A stretch of 64,000 nucleotides of DNA. Origin: Minisyncoccota bacterium. GTDB taxonomy: Bacteria; Patescibacteriota; Minisyncoccia; UBA6257; 2-01-FULL-56-20. Below, one piece after another: positions 1-9,871 of the stretch (its first letter is position 1; each line of letters starts with the position of its first letter). Position numbers and translations under genes: made by a program. The stretch is from contig JBAYLC010000004.1 of NCBI GenBank assembly GCA_041664245.1, positions 16,932 to 80,931 on the forward strand, read 5' to 3'. The notes beneath the pieces are model-generated. The model was not told the DNA's origin. It did not search any database and saw only the letters and a program-made list of their open reading frames with translations.

Positions 1-409
1 AACGGCCGAATTGAGGATTTTCGTGCCGGAACATCGGACCAATATAGTAAAGTTTCTGAGGCTGCCCCATTTTACTCATTCCGTGTTCAAGATAAGCTCG
101 AGCCACCGACGCCGTTCCTTCTGGTCTCATAGCCAACAAATTTCCACTCTTCGTTTTTAAAACATACATCTCCTTCTCCACAATATCGCTATCAACTCCA
201 ACCGTTCTTTGGAAAAGCTCCGCCGGCTCAAGAATTGGCGTATCGATTCGGCCAAAATTATAAAAATCAGCCAACTCCTTAGCTGTTTTTTCAATTCGAT
301 CCCACCACAACTGATCCATCGGTAAAACATCCCTCATCCCCTTCGGTGCCTGAAAAGAATTAAGCGCCGATTTATTTTTAACTTTCACAATTTTTTCTTT
401 CTTTGGCAT
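1..409 (-). CDS. hisS: Histidyl-tRNA synthetase, N-terminal part; gene continues beyond window start
   Basis: Manual translation of the minus strand from ATG at 409 gives MPKKEKIV...KGMRDVLP...MRPEGTASVARAYLEHGM...LYYIGPMFRHENPQFGR. This reading frame has no stop before the window edge. It matches the class II HisRS motifs (KGTRD, RPEGTA, YRYIGPMFRHE). The gene is absent from the ORF track because it is truncated at the window edge. Confidence 0.75.
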   Translation of the reverse strand, partial: MPKKEKIVKVKNKSALNSFQAPKGMRDVLPMDQLWWDRIEKTAKELADFYNFGRIDTPILEPAELFQRTVGVDSDIVEKEMYVLKTKSGNLLAMRPEGTASVARAYLEHGMSKMGQPQKLYYIGPMFRHENPQFGR

Positions 410-417
410 CAAATTAT

Positions 418-1029
418 TTATATCCCATACTGAGGTGCGGCAAACGCCCTTAAGGTATCAACTGGCCACAGTCGCAATCTCACTAAACCAACAATCTCCT
501 TTGACTCAAGCACTCCCCATCCCCTTGAATCAAAACTATATGGCCGGTTATCTCCTAGGGCAAAATATTGATTTGGACCTAATTTAAATTCAGAAACATT
601 ATTCATATTCGTAGTCACCGTTCCAGCTGGCAAATATTTTTCCACTAATGCTTTCTCTTCTCCGTTGCTGGTTCTTAATATATACACTTTATTCTCCTTT
701 ATCCTGACAATCTCCCCTGGTAAGCCGATCACTCTCTTTATAAAATAAACCGACTCATCTTGAGGGTTATGAAAAACCACCACCTCCCCCCGTTCCGCCG
801 GCCTAATGCGATAAGTAAGCTCATCTATCAATAGATAATCGCCGTCGGAAAAATTCGGCACCATACTCATTCCGCTAACCAAAAATGGTTGGACCAAAAA
901 CGTCCTTATAAGAAAAACAGAAACTACCGCAATTAAGGCGATTTCTCCTATTTCTAAAACTGAAATAAAAAACTTTTTCATAAAAAATTTTATCCTATTG
1001 CGCTTCCTTTTTCCCTGCCAGAAAAGCAA
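418..1029 (-). CDS. lepB: Signal peptidase I
   Basis: N-terminal TM helix; motifs SMVPNF (Ser box), KRVIGLPGE (Lys box), GDNRPYSFDSR. The true start may be the internal Met (MKKFFIS) near 981. Confidence 0.85.
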   Translation of the reverse strand: MLFWQGKRKRNRIKFFMKKFFISVLEIGEIALIAVVSVFLIRTFLVQPFLVSGMSMVPNFSDGDYLLIDELTYRIRPAERGEVVVFHNPQDESVYFIKRVIGLPGEIVRIKENKVYILRTSNGEEKALVEKYLPAGTVTTNMNNVSEFKLGPNQYFALGDNRPYSFDSRGWGVLESKEIVGLVRLRLWPVDTLRAFAAPQYGI

Positions 1030-1080
1030 ATCGCGCTAAATATTGGCGTCAATATTTAACTTATTCTATAATAGAAAACA

Positions 1081-1632
1081 ATGTCTGGCAAGTTCAACTT
1101 AGTCATTGGCCTTGGTAATCCCGGCCCTGAATATAAAAAAACCTATCATAATATTGGCTTTCTTGCCACTGATTTTATTACCACTAAGTCCGGCTTCAAA
1201 AAATTCAGCAAAAGTTCGACTAAAAAATTTGAATTTTTAGAGGTTAAAAACACAATAATCTGCCGGCCCCTCACCTTTATGAATGACTCTGGCCAAGCTG
1301 TCGTCCTAATTTTGAAATATTTTAAAATAAAACCCGAAAATATTTTAGTTATTCACGATGATAGTGACTTAGAAATTGGAAAATACAAGCTTGTCTATGA
1401 TCGCGGTTCGGCCGGCCACAAAGGGATAATCTCCGTAATCAACCACCTCAAAACAAAAAAAATCTGGCGCCTCCGGATCGGAATTCGCCCAAAACCTAAT
1501 AATAACGACACAACTCCTCAAAAAAGAATAAAAGCGGAAAAATTTGTCCTTAAGGATATAAAGCCCACCGACCAAAAAATATTTGATCACATTTTCGGCG
1601 AAATTACCGAAAAAGTTATCGGGAATGAATAA
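1081..1632 (+). CDS. pth: Peptidyl-tRNA hydrolase
   Basis: LVIGLGNPGPEYKKTYHNIGF N-terminal signature and HDDSDLEIG motif typical of Pth. Confidence 0.9.
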   Translation: MSGKFNLVIGLGNPGPEYKKTYHNIGFLATDFITTKSGFKKFSKSSTKKFEFLEVKNTIICRPLTFMNDSGQAVVLILKYFKIKPENILVIHDDSDLEIGKYKLVYDRGSAGHKGIISVINHLKTKKIWRLRIGIRPKPNNNDTTPQKRIKAEKFVLKDIKPTDQKIFDHIFGEITEKVIGNE

Positions 1633-3104
1633 TCTCCATCAGGGTCCAATGTTATCTTGGTAAACTGAAAATCGACGCTTCCAAAAAAAGGGTCGGAGTT
1701 AAACACTTTTTCCAACTTCGCAGCATCTTCTCTTGTCTTTGATTCTCCGACAAGAGTAACTGGGGTATCAAAAGAGCTAAAACTAAATTTAGTTAAAACC
1801 GAATTATTAGTCACCAGTATACTATTAATTTTCTCAAACACTGCCGCCTTCGATAACTTCACGTCTCGAATTGGAGCGATTATATCTAAAGATTTATTAA
1901 AATCCTCGGCTTGTTGTTTTAAAAACTTAACCTCATTAAATTTCTGGCTATCACCATCACTAATTTTCGATTCCCGAATTAGATCATTATTTGTTTTAGT
2001 TAAAAAACCTATCGTCAAAGCGAAAACCAATAGCAACACCCCCATTGCGATTGGTGCCGCCGCAAGCCAAAATCTCAAAAAATTAAGAATCTGCCCTCGC
2101 CGATAATTATCTTCCGCCTCTACTCCCGAAAGATTTATTTCCCTATCATCTCGTCTGGAAGCAATTGATCTAATTCCGCCCCCCAAGGCCCCAAACCATT
2201 CCGAACTAACTGGCCGATCCAGTTTTAGTTCCAGATTTTTGACCCTTAGCGAAAAATTATCCTTAATTATTTTTGTAATCTCCTCTCCTAATCCAGGCGT
2301 TGCCAGAATAACATCCTCCACCGGCTCGCTCCAATGCTGTCCGTAAAAATTCAAAACTTGTCTTAAATTTCTAACCACGACTGTTCGAAATTCAGAAATT
2401 GAAATCTCTTTGCCTCCTCCTTTCAAATCTTGCCAAGAATTGAAATACTCAAAATACATTTGTCCCCGCTTTATAATAATAAAATCCAAACTTTCATTAT
2501 CCAAACTTAAGAGAATATAAGGCCGAAAACTATCTATTCCCAAAGATTGCTCACGGAAAATTCTTGTTAGCGAAAAAGATCTTGACTCAACCGCAATTAC
2601 TAAAAAACCGGCCTCTAGCAAGGCCTTGCTAAGTTCATCAACCATCGTTCGGCCAACAAACACCGAAAGAATATCAACTTTTTTGGCCGTTTCGTCGGTT
2701 CCAACCAGTTGCCACCCTGAATAATGCTCGCCAACCTGAGAAGGAGCTACCATTTGTAAATTAAGTTTAACCGCTTCCTTCAGGGCATGGCCCTCTAATT
2801 TCGGCAAACTGAAAATCTGAGTGTAAATATTAAGCGACCCCAACGAAACTACCACTAAAATCTTTTTTTGAGGCTGGTCTTTTTTAAAAATTTCCTTCTT
2901 TAATATAAAAAGGGACTCAACAAATTTATGATAATCCAAAATTACATTGGCCTTCATAATCCCCGGCGCCAATCTGATACTAGTCATCTGCCACTCCCGA
3001 TTATTTTTTAAATAAGCAAAACGCAAAGAAAAATCAGAAATCTCCAACCCGCCGATCATCGAGTTGCCCTTTAAAAAATTTAAAACTTTTCTCAAATATC
3101 TCAT
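1587..3104 (-). CDS. pilM: Type IV pilus assembly protein, PilM-like actin-fold domain fused to a C-terminal TM plus PilN-like region
   Basis: Roughly 500 aa with a TM segment (LAAAPIAMGVLLLVFALTIGF) two-thirds of the way in, followed by a PilN-like periplasmic segment. It sits at the head of the pilus locus. The ORF-track start at 3212 overlaps the upstream pilin gene; the Met at 3104 (MRYLRKV) avoids that overlap. Confidence 0.5.
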   Translation of the reverse strand: MRYLRKVLNFLKGNSMIGGLEISDFSLRFAYLKNNREWQMTSIRLAPGIMKANVILDYHKFVESLFILKKEIFKKDQPQKKILVVVSLGSLNIYTQIFSLPKLEGHALKEAVKLNLQMVAPSQVGEHYSGWQLVGTDETAKKVDILSVFVGRTMVDELSKALLEAGFLVIAVESRSFSLTRIFREQSLGIDSFRPYILLSLDNESLDFIIIKRGQMYFEYFNSWQDLKGGGKEISISEFRTVVVRNLRQVLNFYGQHWSEPVEDVILATPGLGEEITKIIKDNFSLRVKNLELKLDRPVSSEWFGALGGGIRSIASRRDDREINLSGVEAEDNYRRGQILNFLRFWLAAAPIAMGVLLLVFALTIGFLTKTNNDLIRESKISDGDSQKFNEVKFLKQQAEDFNKSLDIIAPIRDVKLSKAAVFEKINSILVTNNSVLTKFSFSSFDTPVTLVGESKTREDAAKLEKVFNSDPFFGSVDFQFTKITLDPDGDYSFPITFSVISPKM

Positions 3105-3141
3105 TTTAAAATTACTTTCACCTTTAAAATAACATAACTCC

Positions 3142-3675
3142 TTATAAGTGTATACAAGAACCCACGCACAAACACGTCCCAATAACTGGGTCGGAACACT
3201 CAGTTTTAACATCGCCTATCTTCAAACTAACCACCTCAACTTTGCTGCTATATTTATCCACCGACAACACCCCGAAGAGCACGTATGCTTTTCCGGCAAT
3301 TGTCGCCTCCGACCTGATCACAAACTGATTTTTATCAACAGAGTAATAATCATTAATACAAACTGGTGAGGTAGAAGTTGGCGGAGCAATTCGAATCTCA
3401 AGTGTCCCTTCGGTACTCAAATTGGGATTATACGTTGAAGCGCATCCTCCGTTACTCAACTCCTTGTTTCTATTTATCCTTAAAGCCGCATCCTGAACCC
3501 CCGCTAAAGCCAGCTGTGCCGCCTTATTAACATCCCGAGAACCGTAACTGGAATAAATAAAATTAAAAACTAAAAACGCCAAAGTAATTCCTACGATAAC
3601 GATCACTCCCCCAATCAAAAGTACCAACGACAACGCCGTTTGCCCGTTTTTTTGATTGAATTTATTAATCATCAT
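3142..3675 (-). CDS. Pilin-like or pseudopilin-like protein with a noncanonical leader
   Basis: N-terminus MMINKFNQKNGQTALSLVLLIGGVIVIVGITLAFLVF resembles a prepilin leader plus hydrophobic alpha1 helix, but lacks the Glu at +5. Cys-rich C-terminus. Confidence 0.4.
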   Translation of the reverse strand: MMINKFNQKNGQTALSLVLLIGGVIVIVGITLAFLVFNFIYSSYGSRDVNKAAQLALAGVQDAALRINRNKELSNGGCASTYNPNLSTEGTLEIRIAPPTSTSPVCINDYYSVDKNQFVIRSEATIAGKAYVLFGVLSVDKYSSKVEVVSLKIGDVKTECSDPVIGTCLCVGSCIHL

Positions 3676-3714
3676 TTTTTGCTTATTACAATGTACGTGC
3701 CCCGAGACGAGACA

Positions 3715-4743
3715 CTACGGACTCCAGTTCACCGTCACTTCATCAATTCTCGGCGTTAACGCCTGGTCTGGATCTGATTTCAATCTAACCAGATACTTAA
3801 AGTATCTCTTATTAGTGAAATCAGAAACGTTGTCAATCTTCACGCGGTATACTCCCGGCGAGTCAAAAACCGTAGCGTAAGAATTATAATAAGATGAAAT
3901 CGAGCCGTTCGGCCCCAAGAAAATCCACGGTCCGCTCGTTGAATTTGCCGCGGCTAGCTTAAAGCTCACACCAGTAGTAACTGGTAAATTTCCTTTCCAA
4001 ATAATCGAATTTATTTGAACCCCTTTAACTATGCCAGTATCAATAATAGCCGACTCCAGTGTTCCGTATGTTGAAGTTGCAAACCAATCCGTCGCCACTT
4101 TATAATCAGAGCCGTTTAATAAACACTCAGAGGGAGTGCCGCAACTGAAACTAATCCAGCCGGCAATATCATTCCAAGCGTAATTATAAAAATTCGATGG
4201 CGGTTCATCAATCCCAGTTGAAGAAGACGGGTATACGCCCACTCCCCAATAAACCGTAGTAGTTGCATGCTGAATTTCATTCCAAACCGTACTGCTTCCA
4301 GCAAAACTAATCCAACCGATTGCATCATTCCACGCCCAGCCAGAAACATGGCCCCGGCCATCATTTTTAACTCCCCAATTTCCAGCCGGACCAGTGCAAT
4401 TACTAGAACCCCCAGGCGGCAAAGTTGCGCAATTTAAAACAACTTCCCCAATTGAAGAACTCGCCCAGCCCTCTAAGTATTTTGAATGAACAATAACGTT
4501 ATGAGTACTATGAAAATCTATCCAGCCAATTGGACCGCTCCAACCCCAAGAATAATTTGAATTGGAATAAAGAGTGGAAGGGCTATAAAGAGAATTAACT
4601 GTTGGGTGAATATTGGTTCCCGGGTCTGGATTGGCCTTAGTAACCCTAAAACCGGTTACTAAAAAAACCGTCAAAATAACTCCGCCCAAAACAAAAACGC
4701 TGAATATTCCGACTGTTTTATTTCCTTTAAGATACTTTTTCAT
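3715..4743 (-). CDS. Membrane-anchored secreted protein with Trp-rich GWIxF repeats; candidate pilus tip or adhesin subunit
   Basis: N-terminal anchor MKKYLKGNKTVGIFSVFVLGGVILTVFLVTGF. Repeated motifs GWIDFHS, GWAWNDAIGWISFAGSS, YAWNDIAGWISFSCGT, GWSGPIGWIDF. Confidence 0.4.
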   Translation of the reverse strand: MKKYLKGNKTVGIFSVFVLGGVILTVFLVTGFRVTKANPDPGTNIHPTVNSLYSPSTLYSNSNYSWGWSGPIGWIDFHSTHNVIVHSKYLEGWASSSIGEVVLNCATLPPGGSSNCTGPAGNWGVKNDGRGHVSGWAWNDAIGWISFAGSSTVWNEIQHATTTVYWGVGVYPSSSTGIDEPPSNFYNYAWNDIAGWISFSCGTPSECLLNGSDYKVATDWFATSTYGTLESAIIDTGIVKGVQINSIIWKGNLPVTTGVSFKLAAANSTSGPWIFLGPNGSISSYYNSYATVFDSPGVYRVKIDNVSDFTNKRYFKYLVRLKSDPDQALTPRIDEVTVNWSP

Positions 4744-4748
4744 TTATA

Positions 4749-5426
4749 TTAAATTCCTAAAATTTTTATTGAACCGTTGGCATTTGAATAATCAATATTT
4801 GATGAGGTCGAAAAATTATTGGTGCTGGTCGCAACCAATAACTCGTTCGGCCCGCCCGACCAATCCGCTTGGTCAAAAATTTTACTCCGGAAACGAACTA
4901 AAAACGTCTGCAAACTGCTCGTTGTCGCCCCCGACCAGCCGTAAGTAACAGTCAAGCGTCGAATTGATGGATCAAACACCGTAAGGGCGGGGCAAGCGGA
5001 AACCGGATTAGGAGAAATAGTAGTCGTGGCAAAATTACCCAATGCGTTTCGGCAAACTGCCTCAATTTTAAAATATCGCGTGTAAGTTGTGGTGCCGTTT
5101 ATAATTGACTCCGGCCCCGACATCGCTTTAAAAGGAGAAGTACCGGTAGTCATCGTGGTTGCCATATAATAAAAATAATTAGTCGACGTTGCCATAATAT
5201 TATCAAGATTATGCCAGTCGCTTGCCGAAAAAACCTTTACCCTTTCAATCAAATCTAGTCCTAGTCCCACCGCAAACTTTGACTCATTAGCCGTTTTATT
5301 AGTTTTTAGAGTCGGAATAATAATCGCTGCCACCGCCCCGATTAGAAGAACCCCAACTGCTATTGCTATCAAAATCTCAATCAAAGATTGCCCCCGTCGA
5401 CCATAAATTTTAAACTTTTTTTTCAT
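4749..5426 (-). CDS. Minor pilin or pseudopilin
   Basis: Prepilin-type N-terminus KIYGRRGQSLIEILIAIAVGVLLIGAVAAII (Gly cleavage site, Glu5, hydrophobic helix). Confidence 0.55.
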   Translation of the reverse strand: MKKKFKIYGRRGQSLIEILIAIAVGVLLIGAVAAIIIPTLKTNKTANESKFAVGLGLDLIERVKVFSASDWHNLDNIMATSTNYFYYMATTMTTGTSPFKAMSGPESIINGTTTYTRYFKIEAVCRNALGNFATTTISPNPVSACPALTVFDPSIRRLTVTYGWSGATTSSLQTFLVRFRSKIFDQADWSGGPNELLVATSTNNFSTSSNIDYSNANGSIKILGI

Positions 5427-5463
5427 AATTACTGCATTAAAATATCACCTGACGAAACTCTAT

Positions 5464-6735
5464 TTATTGCGCTGTTCCAAAAACAATATTTGATATCGTA
5501 GAAGTATTTCCTGCGTCATCAATCGCTTTGATGGCAAAATAATATCTAGTGCCTATAACAAGACCCGACACAGTCCACGTCTCTGGGCTTCCCGCAATTT
5601 GAGGCAAAGACAAATCCATCTCTCGGGAATAAGAAGACCAATTACTGTCAAGAATTGAAATTGGCGAAGTGGAATACCTTAAATCATAAATCGTGGCGGT
5701 GCCGCTGTTACCATCGTCGCCAGGAGCAATCCAAGTGAGCAAAACCCTACCAGTAGAACCACCGCCTCCAGCTGCGAGTGAGGAGAAAAGTGAAGCAAGT
5801 GAAACATCAGTCTGGGTAGCGGCAAAACCACCAATATCGACATTGAGACTAGCTATCGCAGCTGGCCGAGTGGTATCCAAAGCCAAAGCTTCCGTGGTGG
5901 CCGAAGCCGGAGCTGATTGACCAGAGGCATTTCCTCTAGCATCATAAGCATCAACAGTATAAGTGTAAGTGGTAGATGGACTAAGACCAGAGTTAGAATA
6001 ACCAGGGCTAAAAACAGTAGCGATTGGAACTGGATTGCCATCTCGATAAATCCGATATCCAGCAACGCCGACATTATCGGTCGAGGCCGACCAAGAGAGA
6101 TCGATTCGAGAAGAAGATATAGGAACAGCCAAAAGGTTTGCGGGAATAGTAGGTGAAATATCATCAGGCAAAGGCGGAACATAAGGAGGCGTACTCGAAG
6201 AAGGGGTTGAAAAACTTACCACCCCTATTGGCGAAACCGAAATAGTTGACGAAACATTCGGATTGCTTTTCAGAAAAACCGAAAAAGTGGCCGACGCTGA
6301 AGATCCGACAAGAAATCCTTGAGATGCGGAAAATTTAATAAGAATTTTTTTATACTGCGACAAACAGCTAGAACTAGAATTATTAAAATTAGGGGAGGAA
6401 AAATTAATATTATCAGGCAATGTATATTTATTTTTAGGAGTATTAATATTTAGTTCATCATATAAACCGAAAAATAACTGGCTTGAACTGCAGAACGGAT
6501 TTCCCAACCCAACTTGCCAAGCCCATCCGCTATCCTGAAATTTAGATTTATCTCTTGCTGTATTTAAAAGCGAAACAATTTTTTCAACGGTTGCATTAAA
6601 TTCCTTAAGCTTATTTTGTGGTAAAAGATTTAAAAAAGTCATTCCGATTAAAATCGCCATTATCACCATCACAATAATAAGTTCTATTATTGTAAACCCA
6701 TTTTTATTATTATGTTTTTTAATATTTTTAACCAT
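5464..6735 (-). CDS. Large minor pilin with fibronectin type III domains
   Basis: Prepilin N-terminus KNGFTIIELIIVMVIMAILIG. C-terminal FN3-like segments (PTIPANLLAVPISSSRIDLSWSASTDNVGVAGYRIYRDG; TWIAPGDDGNSGTATIYDLRYS). Start taken at the Met at 6735; the track gives 6780. Confidence 0.6.
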   Translation of the reverse strand: MVKNIKKHNNKNGFTIIELIIVMVIMAILIGMTFLNLLPQNKLKEFNATVEKIVSLLNTARDKSKFQDSGWAWQVGLGNPFCSSSQLFFGLYDELNINTPKNKYTLPDNINFSSPNFNNSSSSCLSQYKKILIKFSASQGFLVGSSASATFSVFLKSNPNVSSTISVSPIGVVSFSTPSSSTPPYVPPLPDDISPTIPANLLAVPISSSRIDLSWSASTDNVGVAGYRIYRDGNPVPIATVFSPGYSNSGLSPSTTYTYTVDAYDARGNASGQSAPASATTEALALDTTRPAAIASLNVDIGGFAATQTDVSLASLFSSLAAGGGGSTGRVLLTWIAPGDDGNSGTATIYDLRYSTSPISILDSNWSSYSREMDLSLPQIAGSPETWTVSGLVIGTRYYFAIKAIDDAGNTSTISNIVFGTAQ

Positions 6736-6812
6736 ATTTATATGTTTAAATTTTTTATTTAAATTTCGTATTGGCATCATTTGATTATTAATAAAAAACT
6801 TTATCTATTTAT

Positions 6813-8024
6813 TTAAGAAAATTGCGCCGTCAATTGATAAATCGGAATTATTATCGAAAGAGCCACCAGCCCCACTAATAACCCCATGAATAAAAGCAAT
6901 ATTGGCTCCAAAAAAGAAACCAGGGATTTTATCGCCGACTCGGCTCTCGAGGCATAAAACTCAGAAAGCGTCTGTAAAAGATCTTCTAAATGTCCGGCCC
7001 TCTCCGATGCCGCAATCAAATTAGTAACCAGCTTCGGGAAAACTGTTTCTTTTCTGAAAGCCTCTCCTATTGTTAACCCTTTTGCCAAACCCTCTTCGCT
7101 GATTCGAAGCAAACTCGCCCGAAATTCAAGAACATTTACCGTCTCTGCTGCTATATTGAGCGATTGTATAATCGAAAGTCCCGCCTTCATCAACGAACTG
7201 GTTGTCGTTGCAAAACGTTGCACCGCCAACTCCCGATAAACCGTTTTGACTAAAGGTAATCGGCTAAACATTCGCTGGGCCAATTTCCGCCCCACATCGA
7301 ATTTCCAAAAAAACACTGCCGAAAAAACCACAATAATAATCAGGCCCGGAATAAATAGAAGCGCATGAGCATTTATAAAAAGCCCGATCCCAAACACCAC
7401 CCTTGAGAAAAGCGGCGGATTAATTCCTCCATCGGAAAAAACTTTCGCTATCTTAGGAAGTGCGAAAGTTACCAAAAAAATAAATATTGACATTGACGTC
7501 ACGAGCAAGATGACCGGATAGACCAGCGCCGATCGGATGCTATTCCGCAACGCTGCTTCCCTGCCAAGCGACACGCTTAATTCCTCAAATGTTTGCTGTA
7601 AATTTCCTGATGCCTCTGCGGCTTTAACTAAATTTATAAACACTGGCGAAAAAATTCTTGGATACCTTGCGAAAGCCGCATAAAATGGCTGGCCCCGCCC
7701 CAAATTGTCCCGAACCTCAAGTAAAAAGTTTTTCAGGGCTGGTTTATCAAAGTCAGAAATCAAAATATTTATTGCTGAAAGCAAATCAGTTCCCACTCGT
7801 AACATCAAAGAAAGATACCGAGTCAAAAAAATCTTGTCGGTTAAATTAATATTCCCAAAAATCCGCCGTGCCCCAAAACCCTCAGATTCTTTAATCGGCT
7901 TTACCGAAATCGGCCTCAGTTCTTTACCGGCTAGATATTGGAGAGCCTGAGTGAAATCATCGACTTCCAAATCCCCCTCGCTAATTTTTCCGCTTTTATC
8001 CGTTGCTAAATAATGAAAGAGCAT
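6813..8024 (-). CDS. pilC: Type IV pilus platform protein PilC (GspF family)
   Basis: 403 aa polytopic protein with duplicated GspF-type domains, located between the pilin genes and the PilB ATPase. Confidence 0.8.
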   Translation of the reverse strand: MLFHYLATDKSGKISEGDLEVDDFTQALQYLAGKELRPISVKPIKESEGFGARRIFGNINLTDKIFLTRYLSLMLRVGTDLLSAINILISDFDKPALKNFLLEVRDNLGRGQPFYAAFARYPRIFSPVFINLVKAAEASGNLQQTFEELSVSLGREAALRNSIRSALVYPVILLVTSMSIFIFLVTFALPKIAKVFSDGGINPPLFSRVVFGIGLFINAHALLFIPGLIIIVVFSAVFFWKFDVGRKLAQRMFSRLPLVKTVYRELAVQRFATTTSSLMKAGLSIIQSLNIAAETVNVLEFRASLLRISEEGLAKGLTIGEAFRKETVFPKLVTNLIAASERAGHLEDLLQTLSEFYASRAESAIKSLVSFLEPILLLFMGLLVGLVALSIIIPIYQLTAQFS

Positions 8025-8140
8025 AATAAAAAATCACCAATTCAAACAATTAATTCGAACCAACTCTTCTTAATTATAAACTTTTCTATAAAACTAGTCA
8101 CTAAAACATCCCCAAAGGGTAAATAGTAAAATTCTCAAAG

Positions 8141-9856
8141 CTATTCCCTAATGACCCGCAAAACCTCATCAATAGTGGTCATTGCTAATTCAACTTTTTT
8201 TAGTCCGTCCTCAAACATCGAAATCATTCCGTTTTCTCTGGCAACTTTGTGCAATTTTTCCAAATTAAAATCCGGGCTAATTATGGTTTTTTTCACCTCC
8301 TCACCAACATCTAAAACTTCATATATTCCCAGCCGTCCTCGATACCCGGTCATCCCACAACTTGAACATCCTTTTCCATGAAAAAAGTTTTTTGGTAGCT
8401 TAACCTTATTTGGGTCAAGATTTAGTTGTTCTAGTTGATTCATAATCACCTTGGTAATCTCTGGACTCGGCTCGTAAGAATATATACAGGCCTGGCAAAC
8501 CCTCCGCACTAAACGTTGGGCAATAATAACATTCAAAACCGAAACCACTAGAAAAGGCGGCACTTCTAAGTCAAAAAGTCGGGGTACCACCGTTGGCGCA
8601 TCGTTAGTGTGAAGTGAGGAAAGAAGTAAGTGGCCAGTCAAAGCCGCCTGCACTGCAATTCCCGCCGTCTCCGCGTCTCTAATCTCACCAACCATTATAA
8701 TATTCGGATCTTGCCTTAAAATTGCCCTGAGACCGGAAGCAAAAGTTATCCCCGCCTGAGTATTTATCTGGGTTTGATTAACATATCGCATATTGTATTC
8801 CACCGGATCTTCGACGGTAACTATATTCACCGTCGGTCTGTTTAAAATATCCATCATTGCGTAGAGCGTTGTTGATTTTCCTGATCCCGTTGGCCCGCAG
8901 CACAAAACCATTCCGTAAGCTTTCTTTAAGTTGTCGGCGACAATTTTCTCCATATCCGGAAACATTCCGATCTCGGTAAGCGATAGTGGTTTTTGAGCCG
9001 CCTCAAGAAGCCTCATCACAATTTTCTCTCCATAAAATGTTGGCAAAACCGAGACCCGAACATCTATCACCTGGCTGCCGACCTGATAATGAAAACGTCC
9101 GTCTTGTGGTTTATAATGTTCGTCAATCTTTAACCCAGACAAAATTTTAATTCTTGCCGTGAGAGCCGCGTGAATCGCTTTCGGCATCCGCATTATTTCA
9201 AAAAGAATTCCATCAATCCGATAGCGCACAATCGTTACATCTTCCATAATTTCCATATGAACATCCGACGCTCGCGAAGCAATCGCATACGACATCAAGT
9301 TGTCCACGATCGAAACTATCGGCAGAAGCGAGGCAGACTCCTCAACACTCTTTGCCTGTCCTCTCAGTGATTCCTGAACATTATTTTCAATTAATTTCTT
9401 AAAATCTTGCGCCGACTGTGAACCGTAAATAGAAAATCCCTTATTCAAATCACTACCCGTGGCAAAAAAGGGATTTATTTTTGCGTTCAAATGCTGGGAA
9501 AGAAATTTAATTGTCTCTAAATCGCTAGGATCGCTCATTGCCACATCGAAACTTCCGTCTGGCTCTTTCTTAAAAACAATAACTTCCCGCTGCCTAGCAG
9601 CACCCTCTTCGAGTAGCTTAATCGCATCCTTGTCTATCCCCTGAACCTCAAGGTTAGCCAAAGAAACCCCCAGCATCTCCGCTAAAAGATTATTCAAATA
9701 ACTTACTTCAACAATTTTTAGAGATATCAAAGAATCAAGCAATCCTTGATTTTTTCTTCTTGAATCTTCGTAGATGGTGTCGAATCGCTCGGCCGTAATC
9801 AAACCCTCCTGCACTAATCTGTTTTTCAACTGGGGAACTGGTATTGGTATTCTCAT
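8141..9856 (-). CDS. pilB: Type IV pilus assembly ATPase PilB (GspE family)
   Basis: Walker A GPTGSGKST, Asp and His boxes, tetracysteine motif (CQAC...CSSCGMTGYRGR), N-terminal GspII-like domain. Confidence 0.9.
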   Translation of the reverse strand: MRIPIPVPQLKNRLVQEGLITAERFDTIYEDSRRKNQGLLDSLISLKIVEVSYLNNLLAEMLGVSLANLEVQGIDKDAIKLLEEGAARQREVIVFKKEPDGSFDVAMSDPSDLETIKFLSQHLNAKINPFFATGSDLNKGFSIYGSQSAQDFKKLIENNVQESLRGQAKSVEESASLLPIVSIVDNLMSYAIASRASDVHMEIMEDVTIVRYRIDGILFEIMRMPKAIHAALTARIKILSGLKIDEHYKPQDGRFHYQVGSQVIDVRVSVLPTFYGEKIVMRLLEAAQKPLSLTEIGMFPDMEKIVADNLKKAYGMVLCCGPTGSGKSTTLYAMMDILNRPTVNIVTVEDPVEYNMRYVNQTQINTQAGITFASGLRAILRQDPNIIMVGEIRDAETAGIAVQAALTGHLLLSSLHTNDAPTVVPRLFDLEVPPFLVVSVLNVIIAQRLVRRVCQACIYSYEPSPEITKVIMNQLEQLNLDPNKVKLPKNFFHGKGCSSCGMTGYRGRLGIYEVLDVGEEVKKTIISPDFNLEKLHKVARENGMISMFEDGLKKVELAMTTIDEVLRVIRE

Positions 9857-9871
9857 AAAATTATTTAAAAA

